From the NCBI GenBank assembly GCA_014905635.1, contig CM026547.1, positions 434,001-498,000 on the forward strand: a DNA stretch of 64,000 nucleotides, written 5' to 3'. Source of the DNA: Scenedesmus sp. PABB004. Lineage: Eukaryota. Position 1 is the stretch's first letter, and every line of letters starts with the position of its first letter. The translations under genes and the position numbers were made by a program. The notes beneath the pieces were generated by a model, which had not been told where the DNA came from, did no database searches, and saw only the letters and a program-made list of their open reading frames with translations. Below, piece after piece: positions 1-12,437 of this stretch.

Positions 1-3000
1 CGCGGCGCCCGCACCGGTGTAGAGGAAGGTCTGGATCGTGCGCGTGGTCACCTGGGTGAGCGCCTGCTGCGCGAGGAACGTGCCGAGCGCGCCGCCCAGC
101 TCCTGCGCGCCGGCGGCGGCGCCGCGGCGGCGGCGGCGGCGGCGCGGTCGGCGGCGCTGCCGCGCGGCGCTCGCGCGCGGGCGCGCACTGCGCCGCGCAG
201 GCTCTGTGCAGGCTCCTGACCTTGAGGCACTCGAGCTCCCAGACGAGCGCGAAGCGGTCGCAGTCGCGGCTCGGCAGAGTCGCCCAGGGCGCCACAAAGT
301 CCTCCACGGCGGCGATGCAGCAGCCGTTGGCCGCGATCGTCAGCGCGAGCCGCGTCTCGCCGTCGGCCGCGTGCTGCGGGTTGACCGGGGTCGGCAGGAG
401 CGGCACGAAGACCGGCTTGGGCGGCGGCTTGCGCGAGAACAGGCCGCCCAGGCCACGAGGCGCGGGCGCCGCCGCCGCGGCGGGCTGCTGCTGCTGCTGC
501 TGCTCCGGCGGCTGCTCCGGCGGCTGCTCCGGCTGCTGCTGCGCCGGCGGCGGCGACGACGCCTGCTGCAGCGGCCGCTCCTGCTGCTCCTGCTGCTCCG
601 GCGCGGCAGCCGCCCCGGGCGTGCCGCCGCCGCCGGCGGCCGTGGGCGTCGCGGGCGTGCTGCTGGGGCTGCTGACGTACTCGCAGCGAAACTGCTCCGC
701 GTCCTCGTCGCTGTCTGCGTTGAACGCGTCGGCGTTCAGCTCGAGCGTCTTGGAGCGCACACGCGCCGGGCGCGCGTCCTCAGCGTCCTCAGCGTCCTCG
801 GCGTCCTCGGCTGCCGCCGGCGAGGCCTGCAGCACGGCCGCGCCGCCGCCGCCGCCGCCGGCCGCGGCGGCGGGGCTGGGCCCGAACAGCCGCTGCAGCA
901 GGCCCTGCTGGGCCGGCTGCGGCTCTCCCTGCACGCCGCCCTGCGCCGGCGCGCCCGCGCCGCCGGCCGGCGCCGGCTGCTGCCGCTGCGCCTGCGCCTG
1001 CGCCTCCTCCTCGAGCGCGGCGGGGCCCTTGCCGTCGACGTAGATGCTCTGCCCGAGGTCATAGAACCCAAACTGAGTGATCTCGCCCCACAGCCGCCCG
1101 GCGGAGCCGCCGCCCACGGACGCGCCCCACGCGCCAAACAGCCCCGTCACGGCCGCGGTGCCCGCGGTCGACCCCGCCGCGCCCGCCACGGCCGCGGCGG
1201 CCGCCGCGCCGCCGTGCACGAGCGAGACCGCCGCACCGAGGCCCGCCGCGATGGCTGGGGCCGCGAGACCGCCCGTTATTGCCAGCAGCGCACCGCCGCC
1301 CACGGCGGCGGCGCCGACCTTGAGGTACGCCAGCGAGCCGCTGCTGCCGTACCGCGGCTGATGGGTGGCCGGGTCGACGTTCAGCGCCTGGCTGGCCCAC
1401 ATCTGCTCAAAAGCGCGCACCTGCCCCCACGGCACGCGCAGCCAGTGCGCGACGCGCTTGACCGCCACGCGCGCGCGCGCGTCATACAGCTGCACGGCCG
1501 CAACTCCCTCGTCCCGCGCGCCCGGCGCGGCCGGCGCCTCCGGCCGCGCCTTGGCGGCGGTGCCGCCAGTGCCGCTGCCGCTGCCGCCGCCGCCGCCGCC
1601 GCCCGTGGCAGGGCCAGCCGCCGGCTCGTCCGCGGGAAACCAGGCCGCCGCCGGCCGCGGCGTGCTGCCGCTGCCGCTGCTGTCGGCGCGCGCCGCCGCC
1701 TCCGGCTGCTCGCCGCCGCCGCCGCCGCCCGCGCTCGCGCCGCTGCCGGCGCGCGCGAGGCGCCGCGCCGCGGCCGCCGCCGCGGCGGGCGCCGACGCGG
1801 GCTCGACCGCGGCCGCCGCAAGGAGCAGCGGCTCGAGCGCCGCGTCTGTGTTGGCGGCGATGCAGCCGCCGATGAGCTCGTACAACGCCAGCACCGCCTT
1901 GTGGCTGGTGCTGTGCGAGAAGTGCTCAGCCGGGGCAAAAGTGGCAGCGGGGACGATGCTGCCCTCGTCCGCCTCGCGCGGCAGCACGTCGACGGCCGCG
2001 TGCAGCGCGTCAAAGCTGCCGGCGCCGCCTGGCTGCTGCAGGGCCCCTGCCGCGCCGCCGCCGCCCGCCGGGTCGGCGCCCGAGGCGGAGGCCTCGCGCG
2101 ACGCGGCGGCGGCAGCGGCGCTGATCGAGGCCGCGGCGACCGCGGCCGCCTGCTCCGCAGGCATCGCGACGACCGCGCCGCCGCCCTCGCCGCCCGCCTT
2201 GGCGCCGCCGCCGGCGCCGCGCAGCAGCCCGAGGCCAAACGCTCCGGCGCCGGCGTCGGCGTCGCCGGCGTCGGCGGCTGCCTGCAGGCTCAGCTGCTCC
2301 AGCTGCTGCTCCGCGCCGGGCGCCTGCTTGAACTGCTGCTGCAGCCGGCTGGCCTGGCCGGTCGTGAACGCGAGCGCCTGGTCCAGGAACGCGGCGTGCC
2401 TGCGGCGGCGGGCCGGTCGTGCCGCGCCGCGCGGCGCGTTGGCGCCGCGCCCTTGCCAGCCACAGCGAGCGGCGCGCCGGGCGCGGCCGCCCGCACCTGC
2501 GCACGAGCGTGACAAACGCCTCCACCGCGGCGGGGCTGCCGGCGCTGCCGGCGAGGTCGGGCATGCGCAGCAGCCCGGGCCACGCCTTGCGGGGAATCTG
2601 CGACCCACGCGGTGGCGGCGGCGGCGGCGGCCGTCGGCTCCACCGCCCGGCGCGGCGCGGCGCGCCGCCGCCGCCGCCGCCGCCGCCACCGCCGCTGCCG
2701 CCGTGCGCCGGCGCTGCGCGCCCTGCTGCGCACGCACCTTGAGCCACGCGAAGAGGCGCGGCGCGAGGCCGCCCGCGGGCGCGACGTCGTCAAAGCCCCA
2801 AAACACGCGCAGCACGTCGGGCGGCAGCCGCAGGCGCCGCGGGCGCGCCGCGAGCAGCTCGTCGAACAACTCCTCGCTCGGGCAGCTGCAGCGGCGCGGG
2901 GCAGGGCGCGGCGGGGCGGCGCGGTTGTTGCGCACGGGGTCTGAGACGGGCGGCGCTGCCCGGGCGGCCGCGGCGCGGGCGCCGCGCACCCCCAGGCAAT

Positions 3001-3117
3001 CTCCGACTCGCTCAGCAGGTTGCCGTCGCCGTCGACGCCGCTCTCGACGGCGGTGCTGTGCAACGCGAGCGTGAAGAGCGCCGCGACGGCGTAGCGCTCG
3101 CCATCGTTGAGGTCCAT
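1..3117 (-). CDS. DUF726 / TMCO4-like transmembrane alpha/beta-hydrolase-fold protein, multi-exon; 3' end runs off the left edge
   Basis: ATG at 3117, MDLNDGERYAVAALFTLALH (like the N-terminus of plant TMCO4-like proteins); YDARARVAVKRVAHWL; hydrophobic GGGALLAITGGLAAPAIAAGLG segment; ALVWELECLK|ELGGALG; GT-AG introns near 2990, 2494, 221 and 16. Confidence 0.85.
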
Positions 3118-3643
3118 CGCCGCCGCCGCCGCTGCTGGCTCGCTGGGCCGCTCGCCGCGGCCGCGCCGCGGCGGGCGCGGCGGGCAGCAGCGCCGCTGCA
3201 CGCGCGGCGCTGCGCGGGGCTCGCGAGCGGGCGGGGGTGAGCGCCAGCGGCGTGCCGGCGGTGTGCCGTTAGTGGCGGTGACGTCGGCCGGGCGCGGGGG
3301 CTGCAGACAAAGGCAAGCGTACGCGGCCAGCGGCGAGCAAAGCCGCGGACAACCGCCGCCGCCGCTTGGCATCCTGTCGCGCCCCGCGGTCCCACACACA
3401 CCGTCACCTCCGTCCCTGCTCACCGCTCCTCACCGCCCGCGACCGCGCTGCCGCGCAGCGCCCCCGAGAGGCGCTGCAGCGGCAGCAAGCCCCGCCACCG
3501 GCGCCAGGGCCGCGCCACATCCCCCGCGGCCGGGACGTCGTCGCTCACAGCCTCCGTGCCTCGCCCCCGGGCGTGCTAGCAGGGGCGCAGGCGCCCGCGA
3601 TCGCGCGGGAGCAGGCGCCTGCATCCCCCCGGCTCTCCCCGCC

Positions 3644-4891
3644 ATGCTGTCCATGGCGTCCCGCCTGGCGGCGCAGTGGGCCGCTGCGTCGCTGCCGCGG
3701 CGCGCGGTCCCGCTGCGCCAGGTGCCGGCCGAGTTTGGCGCGCCGGCGCTGCTGCCGCCGCCGGCGCCCGCCGGCGCTGGCGCGCCCGCCGGCGCGGGGG
3801 CGGCGGCGCTGGAGCTCGTGCCCCTGACGGCCCTGGCGGCGGAGGCGATGCCCGGCCGGCCGCGCGCCCGCACGCGCGGCGGCGCGGAGCCGCACGGTGG
3901 CCCGCGCCCGGGCGGCGCGCCGCGCCGCGCGTCGGCGCCGGGCGGCGGCCTGCGCGCCGCGTCGTCGCTCGCGGGCGCGGCCGACGCCGCCGCCGCCGAC
4001 GCGGAGCCGCTCGTCGTGTGCTGCGGCTGGCTCGGCGCCAAGAAGCGCCCGTTTGGCAAGTGAGTGGCTCGTGGTCAGCCCCGCCCGGGCTGCCGCACCC
4101 CTCCCGCACCCCTCCCACGCCGCTCGCGCCGCTGCCGGCGCCGCCGCAGGTACAAGGCGCTGTGGCAGTCGCTCGGCGTGCGCCGCGTGCTCTCGGCGCG
4201 GCCGCCGATGGCGGCGATCATGGTCCCCGCCGCGGGGCAGCTCCTCGCGGCGCAGTTCACGCACCAGCTCCTCGACGCCGCCGCGGCGGCGCCGCGCGCG
4301 CCGATCGTGGTCCACCTCTTCAGCGGCGGGGGGTTTATCTTCATGACCTGGGTCTTCCAGCTGCTCGCGGAGCTCGACGGCCCCGCCGCGGCGGACGTGC
4401 GGGCGCGCGTCGCGGGCGTGGTGTTTGACTCGTGCCCCGCCGACGTGTCGGCCGACGTCTCGTCGCGCGCGCTCGTCGCGGCCGCGCTCGGCCGCCCCGC
4501 CGACGGCATCGCGCAGGACTTCCCCTGGCTCGTGCGCCCGACGGCCGCGCTCGTGGGCGGCTACTTCAGGCTGCCCTTTGTGCGTGACGCGCTCGTGGGC
4601 CTCGAGTCGACCTGGGCCGCCGCCGCGCCGCGGTGCGCCAAGCACTTCCTCTACTCTGACGCCGACCCGCTCATCGACCCCGCGGTCGTGGAGAGCTTTG
4701 CCGCGGCGCAGGCGCGCGCGGGCAGCGCGGTGAGCGCGCACAAGTGGGCCGACAGCGGGCACGTCGACCACTACCGCTGCCACCCGGAGGCGTACGCGGA
4801 GCAGCTGCGCGCGTTTGTGCGCCGCGCGGTCGCGCTGCAGCGCGCCGGCAAGGCCGGCGGCGGCGGGGCGACCGGCGAGGAGCTGGTGTGA
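3644..4891 (+). CDS. DUF829 / TMEM53-like alpha/beta-hydrolase-fold protein, 2 exons (3644-4059, 4150-4891), probable transit peptide
   Basis: LVVCCGWLGAKKRPFGK|YKALW, VHLFSGGG, GVVFDSCP, FLYSDADPLI, SGHVDHYRCHPEAY motifs; GTGAGT donor at 4060, CAG acceptor ending 4149. Confidence 0.88.
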
Positions 4892-5456
4892 CGGGCTGAC
4901 TCGCCGGAGCGGCGCGGGGCCGCCGCGCTGCGACACGCGCGGGCGGCGGCGAGCTGTACATGCAGGATGAGGGGCGCTGGGCGGCGCTGTGCTGTTGCTG
5001 CTGTACAATTGCAAGCAGCGGGGGGTCTCCAGAGCGGTGTGGTGTGGAGCGTTGCGGTGTGGCGTGGAGCGTTGCGGTGTTCCTCGCGTCGCCGCCGCAC
5101 CGACAGAGTCGTCGTCGCCATCAAACAGAGTTTGCTGCTCGTCGCGCTCAAACAAAATCGTGTCGCCGCCGCCGCTAGGGGTACATCGCGCGCGCGCGTG
5201 CCTGCAGCACGCCGCTCGGACAGGTCGCGCGCCGCGCAGAAAAAGCAGAAAAAGCAGAGACAGCACACACACAGAAAACGACACAGATTTCTTCAACAGG
5301 ACAGGTGCACGCTGTCGCGCCCCTCGTCGACTGAACGGGGGGCTGCGCGCACACGCTCTCTCCACCGCTGGTGGTGGTGGCCTCGCGGCCACGCAGGTGC
5401 AGCTCGCTCACTGCTCTCCGCCGCCACGCGCCGTGCGGCGCCGCCGGCACGCACGC

Positions 5457-6959
5457 TCAGCACGCGGCCGGCGGCGCGTCGACGAGGCCCGCCGCGGCGG
5501 CCTCGGCCGCGAGGCTCAGGAACGCGGCGCGGCAGGGCGCGTCAAAACCTCCCGCAAACTGGTGGAGCTTGAACAAAAACGTCAGCGACTCCTCGAGCTG
5601 CCGCGCCGTCGCGTGCGCGAGCGCCGCCGCGGCGCGCGCCTGCGCGCGCGCGAGCGCCGCGGCCTGCCGCCCGTCGCGCACGGGGCAGCCCCACATCGCG
5701 GCGCCGGCGCCGGCGGCGAGCTTGGCGCGGCCCTCGCCGAGCACGGCGAGCACGGCGCGGCCGTATGCGGCGCCGAGCTGCACCGCCGCGGCCTTCACGC
5801 CCGCCACGAGCTGCCCCCCGTTCCAGGGCACGCCCGCGGCGCGCATGCGCTTCTCAAACCCGCCCTCGCCGCGCTGGAACGCCTCGAGCTTGGCCGTCAC
5901 GGCGCCGTACGCGCGCGCCGCGTCGGCGGCGGCGGCGCCGGCGGCGGCGCCGCCGCGCGCCGCGCCCGCGTCGGCGGCGCGCGCGGCGGACAGGCACTGC
6001 TGGCGCAGCTCCAGGAGCTGCCCGTACACCACGGCGCCCTCCCAGAGCGTCTCCCACTTGGCGGCCGGCCACGACGGCACCTGCTTGAGCGCAGCGCGCT
6101 CGTCGTAGAGGGCGTCCAGCGTGCCCTGCTGCGCTGCGCCGACAAACTCGACCAGCGCCGGCATGCTGGGCGGGTTGAACGCCGCGACGCGGCCCGCGAG
6201 CGCCTCGAGCGCGGCGCCGTGCGCGGCGAGGTCGGCCTGCACGCGCGTGCAGTAGCTGCCCCGGCTCAGGATCTGGCTGAACAGCTCCGACGCGTCGCCC
6301 GGCCCCGCCGCCGCCGCCTCGGCCGGGCGCGGCGCGGCGGCGGGGCCGCGCGCGCGCGCGCCGCCGCCGCCGGCCTTGATGCCTGCGGCCGCGAGCTGGC
6401 GCCGGCGCAGCTGCTGGTACGTCGCCAGCACCTCCGGCACGCGCCCGATGCCCGCCGCGGCCAGCGCCGCCGAGCCGGCGCCGCCCCCGCTGGGCGAGCG
6501 GTGCAGGGGGCTCGGCGGCGCGCGCGGCGCCGCGGGCGGCGTGCGCCCACCGAGCCCGGGCGGCGCGGGCGCCGGCGCCGGCGACGGCGCGGCTGGCGGC
6601 TCGCCGGGCGCCGCGGCGGGCATCTGCCACGCCAGGCACTCCTCCTCGTCCAGCTCCTCCACGCCCGGCTGCGCCCGCGGCGTGGAGGCCGTCGGCGACG
6701 CCGGCGCCCGCAGCTGCTGCGGCTGGGCGGCCGGCTGCGGCGGCGGCGCCGCCGCGACGGCTGCGGCCGCGGGGCTGTGCGGCCGCGCACGGGCAAAGCC
6801 CTTGTGCGGCGGCGGCGGCCCCGGCGGCGGCGGCGGCGGCTTGGCCGGCGACGGCGACGGCGACGGCGCCGACAGGGCGTGCGCGAGCGGCGCCGCGGCG
6901 CGGCCGCTGCCCGCGCGCTGCAGCGCCGGCGAGGAGCCGGCGCTGCGCAGCGCCGCGGG

Positions 6960-6991
<32 letters not shown>

Positions 6992-9900
6992 CGGGCCGGG
7001 GCCCCGCCGCCGCGGGCGCCTCGGGCGCCGCGCCTGGCGTCGGCGGCGGCACTGGGCTGACGCTCGCGGGCCGCCCCTGCTGCGCCGCCAGCTGCGCCTG
7101 GTGCCTGCGCTGCGACCGGCGGAGCCACTGCCGCTGCAGCAGCGCCAGGCCCCACACACGGCGACGGCGCTGCATCGCGGCCGACCGCGGGCCGCTGGCC
7201 CGGCGCAGGAAGCGCCACCGGCCGCCGGCACGCGCGGGCGCCTGTGCCGCCGCGGCCCTGCCCCATGTGACCGTCCACTCAAGCTGCGGGTCCAGCCCCA
7301 GCGCCTCGAGGAAGCTGCCCCACGGCTGCAGCTGGCTGCTGCTCACGCTGCCGGCGCGGCTGGCGAGCAGCTGCAGCAGCTGCTGCAGCTGCCCGGCGCC
7401 CGCGCCCGCGCCGCCGCCCGCCGCATCGGCGCCCGCGGGCGTAAACGGCGTGCCGCGCGCGCCGCCGAGCGGCGGCGTGGCGCAGCTGGCGTCGTCGCTG
7501 TCGTCGTCCGCCGCACGGCCGCGCTGGAAGGGCGTCGCGCGCGGCGTGGCGCCGCTCGGCGTGGGCGGGTCCAGCTCGTGCTCGGCTGCCTCCTCCGCGG
7601 CGGCCGCCGCGCCGCGCTCGCCGCCCGCGCCGCTGCCGCGGCGCTTGAGCGGCGCGAGGCGCAGCGCGCCCGGCGCATCCTGCTTCGGCGTGCCGCATGT
7701 CGGCGAGCGCGGCGCGTCGTCCTGCGCCGCCGACTCAGGCGCCAGCTCCTGCATGAAGGCGTGGATCAGCCGCAGCAGCTCTGCCGCCTCCGCCAGCTTC
7801 TGCTGCTGCCGCTGCACTGCCTTGCCGGCTGCGGCGGCGGTGGCCGCGGCCTCGCCGTCCGCCGCGGGCGCCGCGGGCTCCGCGGGCTCTGCGGGCGCCG
7901 CAGGCTCTGCCGCTGGCTGCTCGCCGGCGTCTGCGGCGGTGCACCCAGCGTCGCCCGCCGCTGCAGGCGCGCCAGGCGCGCCGGGATGCCCTGCGTCGCC
8001 GCCGCCGCTGGCGCTGCTCGCCAGCACCGACGCAGCGACCGCCGTCGCGGCGACGGCCGTCGCCGCGACAGCGGCGGCGGGCAGCGCCACGGTCGAGGCC
8101 GCCACCGCCGCAGCGGTGCTCGCCGCAGTCGCAGCGCTCGCGGCGGTCGCGGCGGTCGTGCCGGCCGCGCCGGCCGCGCCGAGCGCGGTGGCCGCGACGC
8201 CGCCGGCCACTGCCGAGGCAGTCGCCACCAGGGCGGTGCCCACGCCCCGCAGCGACGACAGCCAGCCGCTGCCGCTCTCCGCGGGCGCCTCGATAGCGGC
8301 GGGGGCGCCGCTGCTGCGCTCGGCGGGCGGCTCGGCGGCGGCACCGCCGCCGCCGTTGCTGCTGCCGCCGCCGCCGGTGCGGCTGCCAATGCTGCCGATG
8401 TAGGCGGCCGGCGGCAGCACAAAGCCTGCGTCCTTGTACTTGGCCGCGGCCGGCGCCTGAACTGCCGGCGCCTCAACCGCCGCCGGCGCCTCAACCGCCG
8501 CCGGCGCCTCGACGGCCGGCGCCTCAACCGCCGCCGGCGCTTCGACGGCCGCCGGCACCGCGACGACCGCCGGCGCCTGGCAGGGCTCCGCCGCCGGCGC
8601 GGGGCTGGGCGCCGGTGCCGCTGGACCGGCGGGGTCGCTGCCGCCGCTGCCGTCGCTGCTGCTGGGCGGGGAGCCGCTGGGCCGGGCGCAGTGCTCGTAC
8701 TCGATGCTTGCCTGCATCTGCTGCCACCAGGGGCGCACGGTGAAGGCCGCCGCCGCGGGCTGCTGCGGCGCAGCCGCCTTCTGCTGCACCGCCGCCTGCT
8801 CAGCAGGGGCCGCACGCTGCGGCGCCGGCTGCTGCACCACCACGGGCTCCTGCGGCTGCTGCAGCACCGCCTCCTGCGGCGTGGCATCGGCGACTGCTGC
8901 TGCGGGCTGGACGCCCGAGCTGCTGCTGTCGCTGCTGCTGCTGCTGCTGCGGCTGCTGCTGTCGCTGCTGGGCGGCGTGGCGACGGACGCCGGCTCCACC
9001 GCGACCGCTGCTGCAGGCGCCGGCTGGCTGGCCGCCTTGGCCGCAGCCGGGGCCGCGGACGCTGTGCCGCTGCTGCTGCGCGGCTCGCGCGACGCCGCGC
9101 CCTCGGCGACTGCCGCTGCAGCCGCGGGCGCCGCGCGCACCGCGGGCGCCTCTGCGCCCGAGCGCTTGGCGGCGCTGTCGCTGCTCGCGGCAGGCGGCTG
9201 CGCGACCACGGCGCTCACGCTGGTGTGCAGGCCCAACGCCGCAGCCAGGCGCGCGGCGTTGGGCCGCGCGCCCGCCGCCACGGGCGCCGGCGGCGGCAGC
9301 GAGGCCGCTGCGCCGGCGGCCGCCTTGCTGCTGCCGCCGGCGCTGGCCTTGGCGGCAACGGCAGCGCTGCTGCCAGCAGCCTCGGCGCTGCTGACGCCGC
9401 CGGCACCGCCGGCGGCGCTGCTGCTGCTGCTGCCGGCCATCAGGCCGCTCATGTCTGGGCGGTAGCGGCCGCGCAGCCCCGCGGCCGCAGCGGCGGCCGC
9501 GGCTGCGCTGCTGGAGCCCCCCTGCTGGCGCATGCCCGCGGCCGCGGCCGCCGCCGCCGCGCCGCCCGGCCCGAGCCAGCCCAGGCTGTGCGCGGGATCG
9601 GGGCCGGCGGGCGCGTCGGGCGCGGCCGCTGCGGCGGCGGCGCCCGCCGCCGCGCCGTCATCCAGGCCGAGCACGCTCTCCGTCACATTGACCGTCGCCG
9701 CCGCGGTGGCGAGCAGGCCCGCGCCCTTGAGCATGAGCGCCGCGCCCTTGCCCGCCTTGGCCGCGACCGCCGCGCCCTTGCCGAACGCGACGGCGCCCTT
9801 GCCTGCGGGCGGCGGGGGAGGCGCGCGGTGTGAGGCGGCGGCGGCGGCGGCGGCGGCGGCGGCCCGCGCCAGGCTGCGGCGCGCGACCGCTGGCCGCGCT

Positions 9901-10018
9901 GCGCCCGCGCGCGCCAGCCCGCACCTGCGGCCGCCTTCTTGAGCAGGCCCTTGCCGCCGAGCTTCGCCGCCTTGGCGGCGAGCTTGGCGGCCTTGATCGC
10001 CTGCGCCGAGGGCGGCAT
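5457..10018 (-). CDS. CHUP1/IPGA1-like protein: long low-complexity N-terminus, poly-Pro (FH1-like) stretch and CHUP1 C-terminal domain; 2 exons
   Basis: RVPEVLATYQQL, DLAAHGAALEALAGRV, LYDERAALKQVPSWP and FLFKLHQFAGGFD match the CHUP1 C-terminal motifs (RAPEVVEFY, LVDERAVLK.F.WP, FAFRVHQFAGGFD); ATG 10018; phase-1 intron about 9924-9803. Confidence 0.82.
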
Positions 10019-10255
10019 GGCGCCGCTGCGCGCGGCCGCACGCGATGTCGCGCCGAGCCGCCGCCGCCGCCGTCGGCTGCCGGCCGCGCTGGCGCGCTGG
10101 CGCGGGCCTCAGGAGCGCGAGGGGCGCCTCGCCGTGGCCCTGGCGCGCCGCTGCAGCCCGTGCGCAGGAGTGATGGCCGGTGGGTTGCGCGCGCGTGCCG
10201 CGCCCACAGGCAGCGCTGGGCCGGCCTGGCCGCCTGGATCGGGCGAAAACGCTTC

Positions 10256-10888
10256 GGGCGTCTACCCACGCGCGCCCCGCGCGGCTGCGGGGCGGTGGGC
10301 GCCGAACGGGCGTCGACGCCGCGCCGCACGTCGCTGTCCCGCCTGCTCGGGGCGTGGCTGGACCGGCGCGCGATCGCCGTGCGCCGCGCCGCGGGCGTGT
10401 GGGGTGCGGGCTCGGGCGCGTGCTGCCGGCGCGGGGGTGGGGGCCGCGTAGGTGTTTGAGGCTTGCCCGGCACACTAGCCCTCCCGACGCGCCACCGCCA
10501 CGCGCGGCGCGAGTCGGCCGGCGCTTGGCGCCGCGCAGAACGCGCGCGCCGCCCGGCGCAGGCGTTGCCGGCCCGCGCTGCGCGGCGCTGCCGCCGCCAC
10601 TGCAGGCGGGCGGGCCGGGCACGCCGCCGCACGCCCCCGCGCACGGCCCCGGCGACAGGCGCGCTCGCGCTGGAAGCGGTCGGCGCGGCGCTGGGCAACT
10701 CGGTGCCGCCGCGCCAGGCGGTCAACCGGCGGCGCGCCCGGCCGCCGCGCCCGGCGCGAGCGCACTGCGCGCCCGGGGGCAGGGTGCAGCGCGGCGCTGC
10801 GCCCTGGCCCGCGCCAGCGCTCGCTGCGCAGCCCGCCGCCGACGGCGCCACACCGCGTGCGACGCCCACAGCCCCAGCGCTGCGCACC
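10256..10888 (+). repeat. ~630-bp inverted repeat, copy A (partner 13840-14494)
   Basis: Near-identical to the reverse complement of 13840-14494; ORFs 10463+ and 14286- begin with the same translation. Confidence 0.95.
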
Positions 10889-10923
10889 AGCCCGCCGCGC
10901 ACCAGCCCGGGGCGTGTGGCCAG

Positions 10924-10928
10924 TTACA
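10924..10928 (-). promoter_or_regulatory. TGTAA poly(A) signal of the bestrophin gene
   Basis: ttaca on + strand about 315 nt after the stop; canonical chlorophyte signal. Confidence 0.55.
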
Positions 10929-11243
10929 GCGACACGCAAGCCAAGATGCGCACAGCCTCCAATGGAGAGGGGTGCGCGAAGCGATCTCACCCCCCGGAGC
11001 GGGGTGTGTTGCGCGGCGGCCGCGCCGCGCTTTTTGAGCCGAGCACAATCCATCGCGCGTTCGTCAATCCGGCAGCAGCGCATAGTACTAGTGTGGCCGG
11101 CCGCAGCGGCGCAGCAAGCGGTTGGGTTCAAGTCCCCGACAAACCCGACGCTCTCCTCTCTGCACGCGCGCTGAACCAGTGCCGCCAGCCCCAAGGCGGG
11201 GCTGGCCGGCGCGCTGCCGCGTCGCGGGCGCTGGCGCGCGCGC

Positions 11244-11858
11244 CTAGTTGTACACCCGCGGGCTGAGGCGGCCGTCCGCCGTCGCCGGCGGGTGCTGCGC
11301 CGCGGGCGGCGCCGCTGCGTGGTCAGCCGCCAGCAGGTGGCCGCTCGGCATGGGCAGCAGCTTGGCGGTGAGCGGCGCGAGCGCGGCGGCGTCAGCGGTC
11401 GCCTGCGCGATGCCGGCGGCCACCTCGTCGCAGTAGGTCTGCGCGGCGCGGCGGGGGCGTAAGCGCCGGGCGGCGCGGCGCGGCGCGGCGCGCCCGGCGG
11501 CCAGGCGCGCACACCTCGAGCGCGAGGATGCCACTGCAGGGCGACGGCGGCAGGGCGTGGGTGCGGGCGGCGGGGCGGCGGCGGGGGCGGGCGGGCGGGG
11601 TGAGGAGGCATGCGCGGCGCGGGCCGGCGCCGCGGCCCGCGCAGGCGGCTGCCGCCGCTGCCGCTGCTGCTGGCAGCAGCTCGGGGCCCCGCGCAAGAGG
11701 GGAGCGCGCCACTCACACTGAAGGCGGCGCGGCCAGGCGCGGCAGGCGGCGGCGGTGGCGGCAGCGGCGGGCGGGCGGCGGGCGTCGGCACGGGCGTGGG
11801 CCGCGCGCGGCGCTCAACGCCCCGTTGCGGCGGCGGCAGCGCTGTGCGGCTGTGGCGG

Positions 11859-11897
<39 letters not shown>

Positions 11898-12386
11898 CGT
11901 GCGCGGGCCTCACATGGCTCCTCGATCTGGACGCCGATCTCCTGTTTGGTGGCGGCGCAGCCGTCGGCGCGGCGGGCGGCGGGGTCAGCGCGAGCGCGGC
12001 CGCGCGCTGCGCTCAGCGCCCGCAAGCGCTGCCGGTGCAGCGGTGCGCTTGCCTCAATGCCAAAGAGCAGGAAGGAGACGACCATCGAGATGGGCACGCT
12101 GTACCAGCCGAGCTCCTGCCAGATGACAAAGGGCAGGCAGGTCAGCCAGAGCACGAGGAAGCGACCCGTGTGGCGAGTGTACGACACCGGGATGGGCGTC
12201 GTCAATATCTTCTCGCAACTCCCTAAGCTCTCCTGCGCGCCGCCGGGCCGCGGGGCGGCGCGTCGCCGTCGGCGCCGCCGCCCGCCCGCCCGCGCCGCGC
12301 GTCACCGCGCCCGGCTCTCTGCTGCTGCTCTCTGCTGCTGGACCGGGCTGCTGGGCCGGGCTGCCGCCGCAGCAGCAGCAGCAGCC

Positions 12387-12437
<51 letters not shown>

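Noticed and set aside
38..9833. Very long Arg/Ala/Gly/Pro-rich ORFs (e.g. 38-2512+, 4989-9833+) and many similar ones across the window
   Set aside because: Shadow frames of real genes; stop codons are scarce at this GC content
11864..11896. Poly-C run (also poly-G at about 14673-14690)
   Set aside because: Intronic homopolymers with no supportable function
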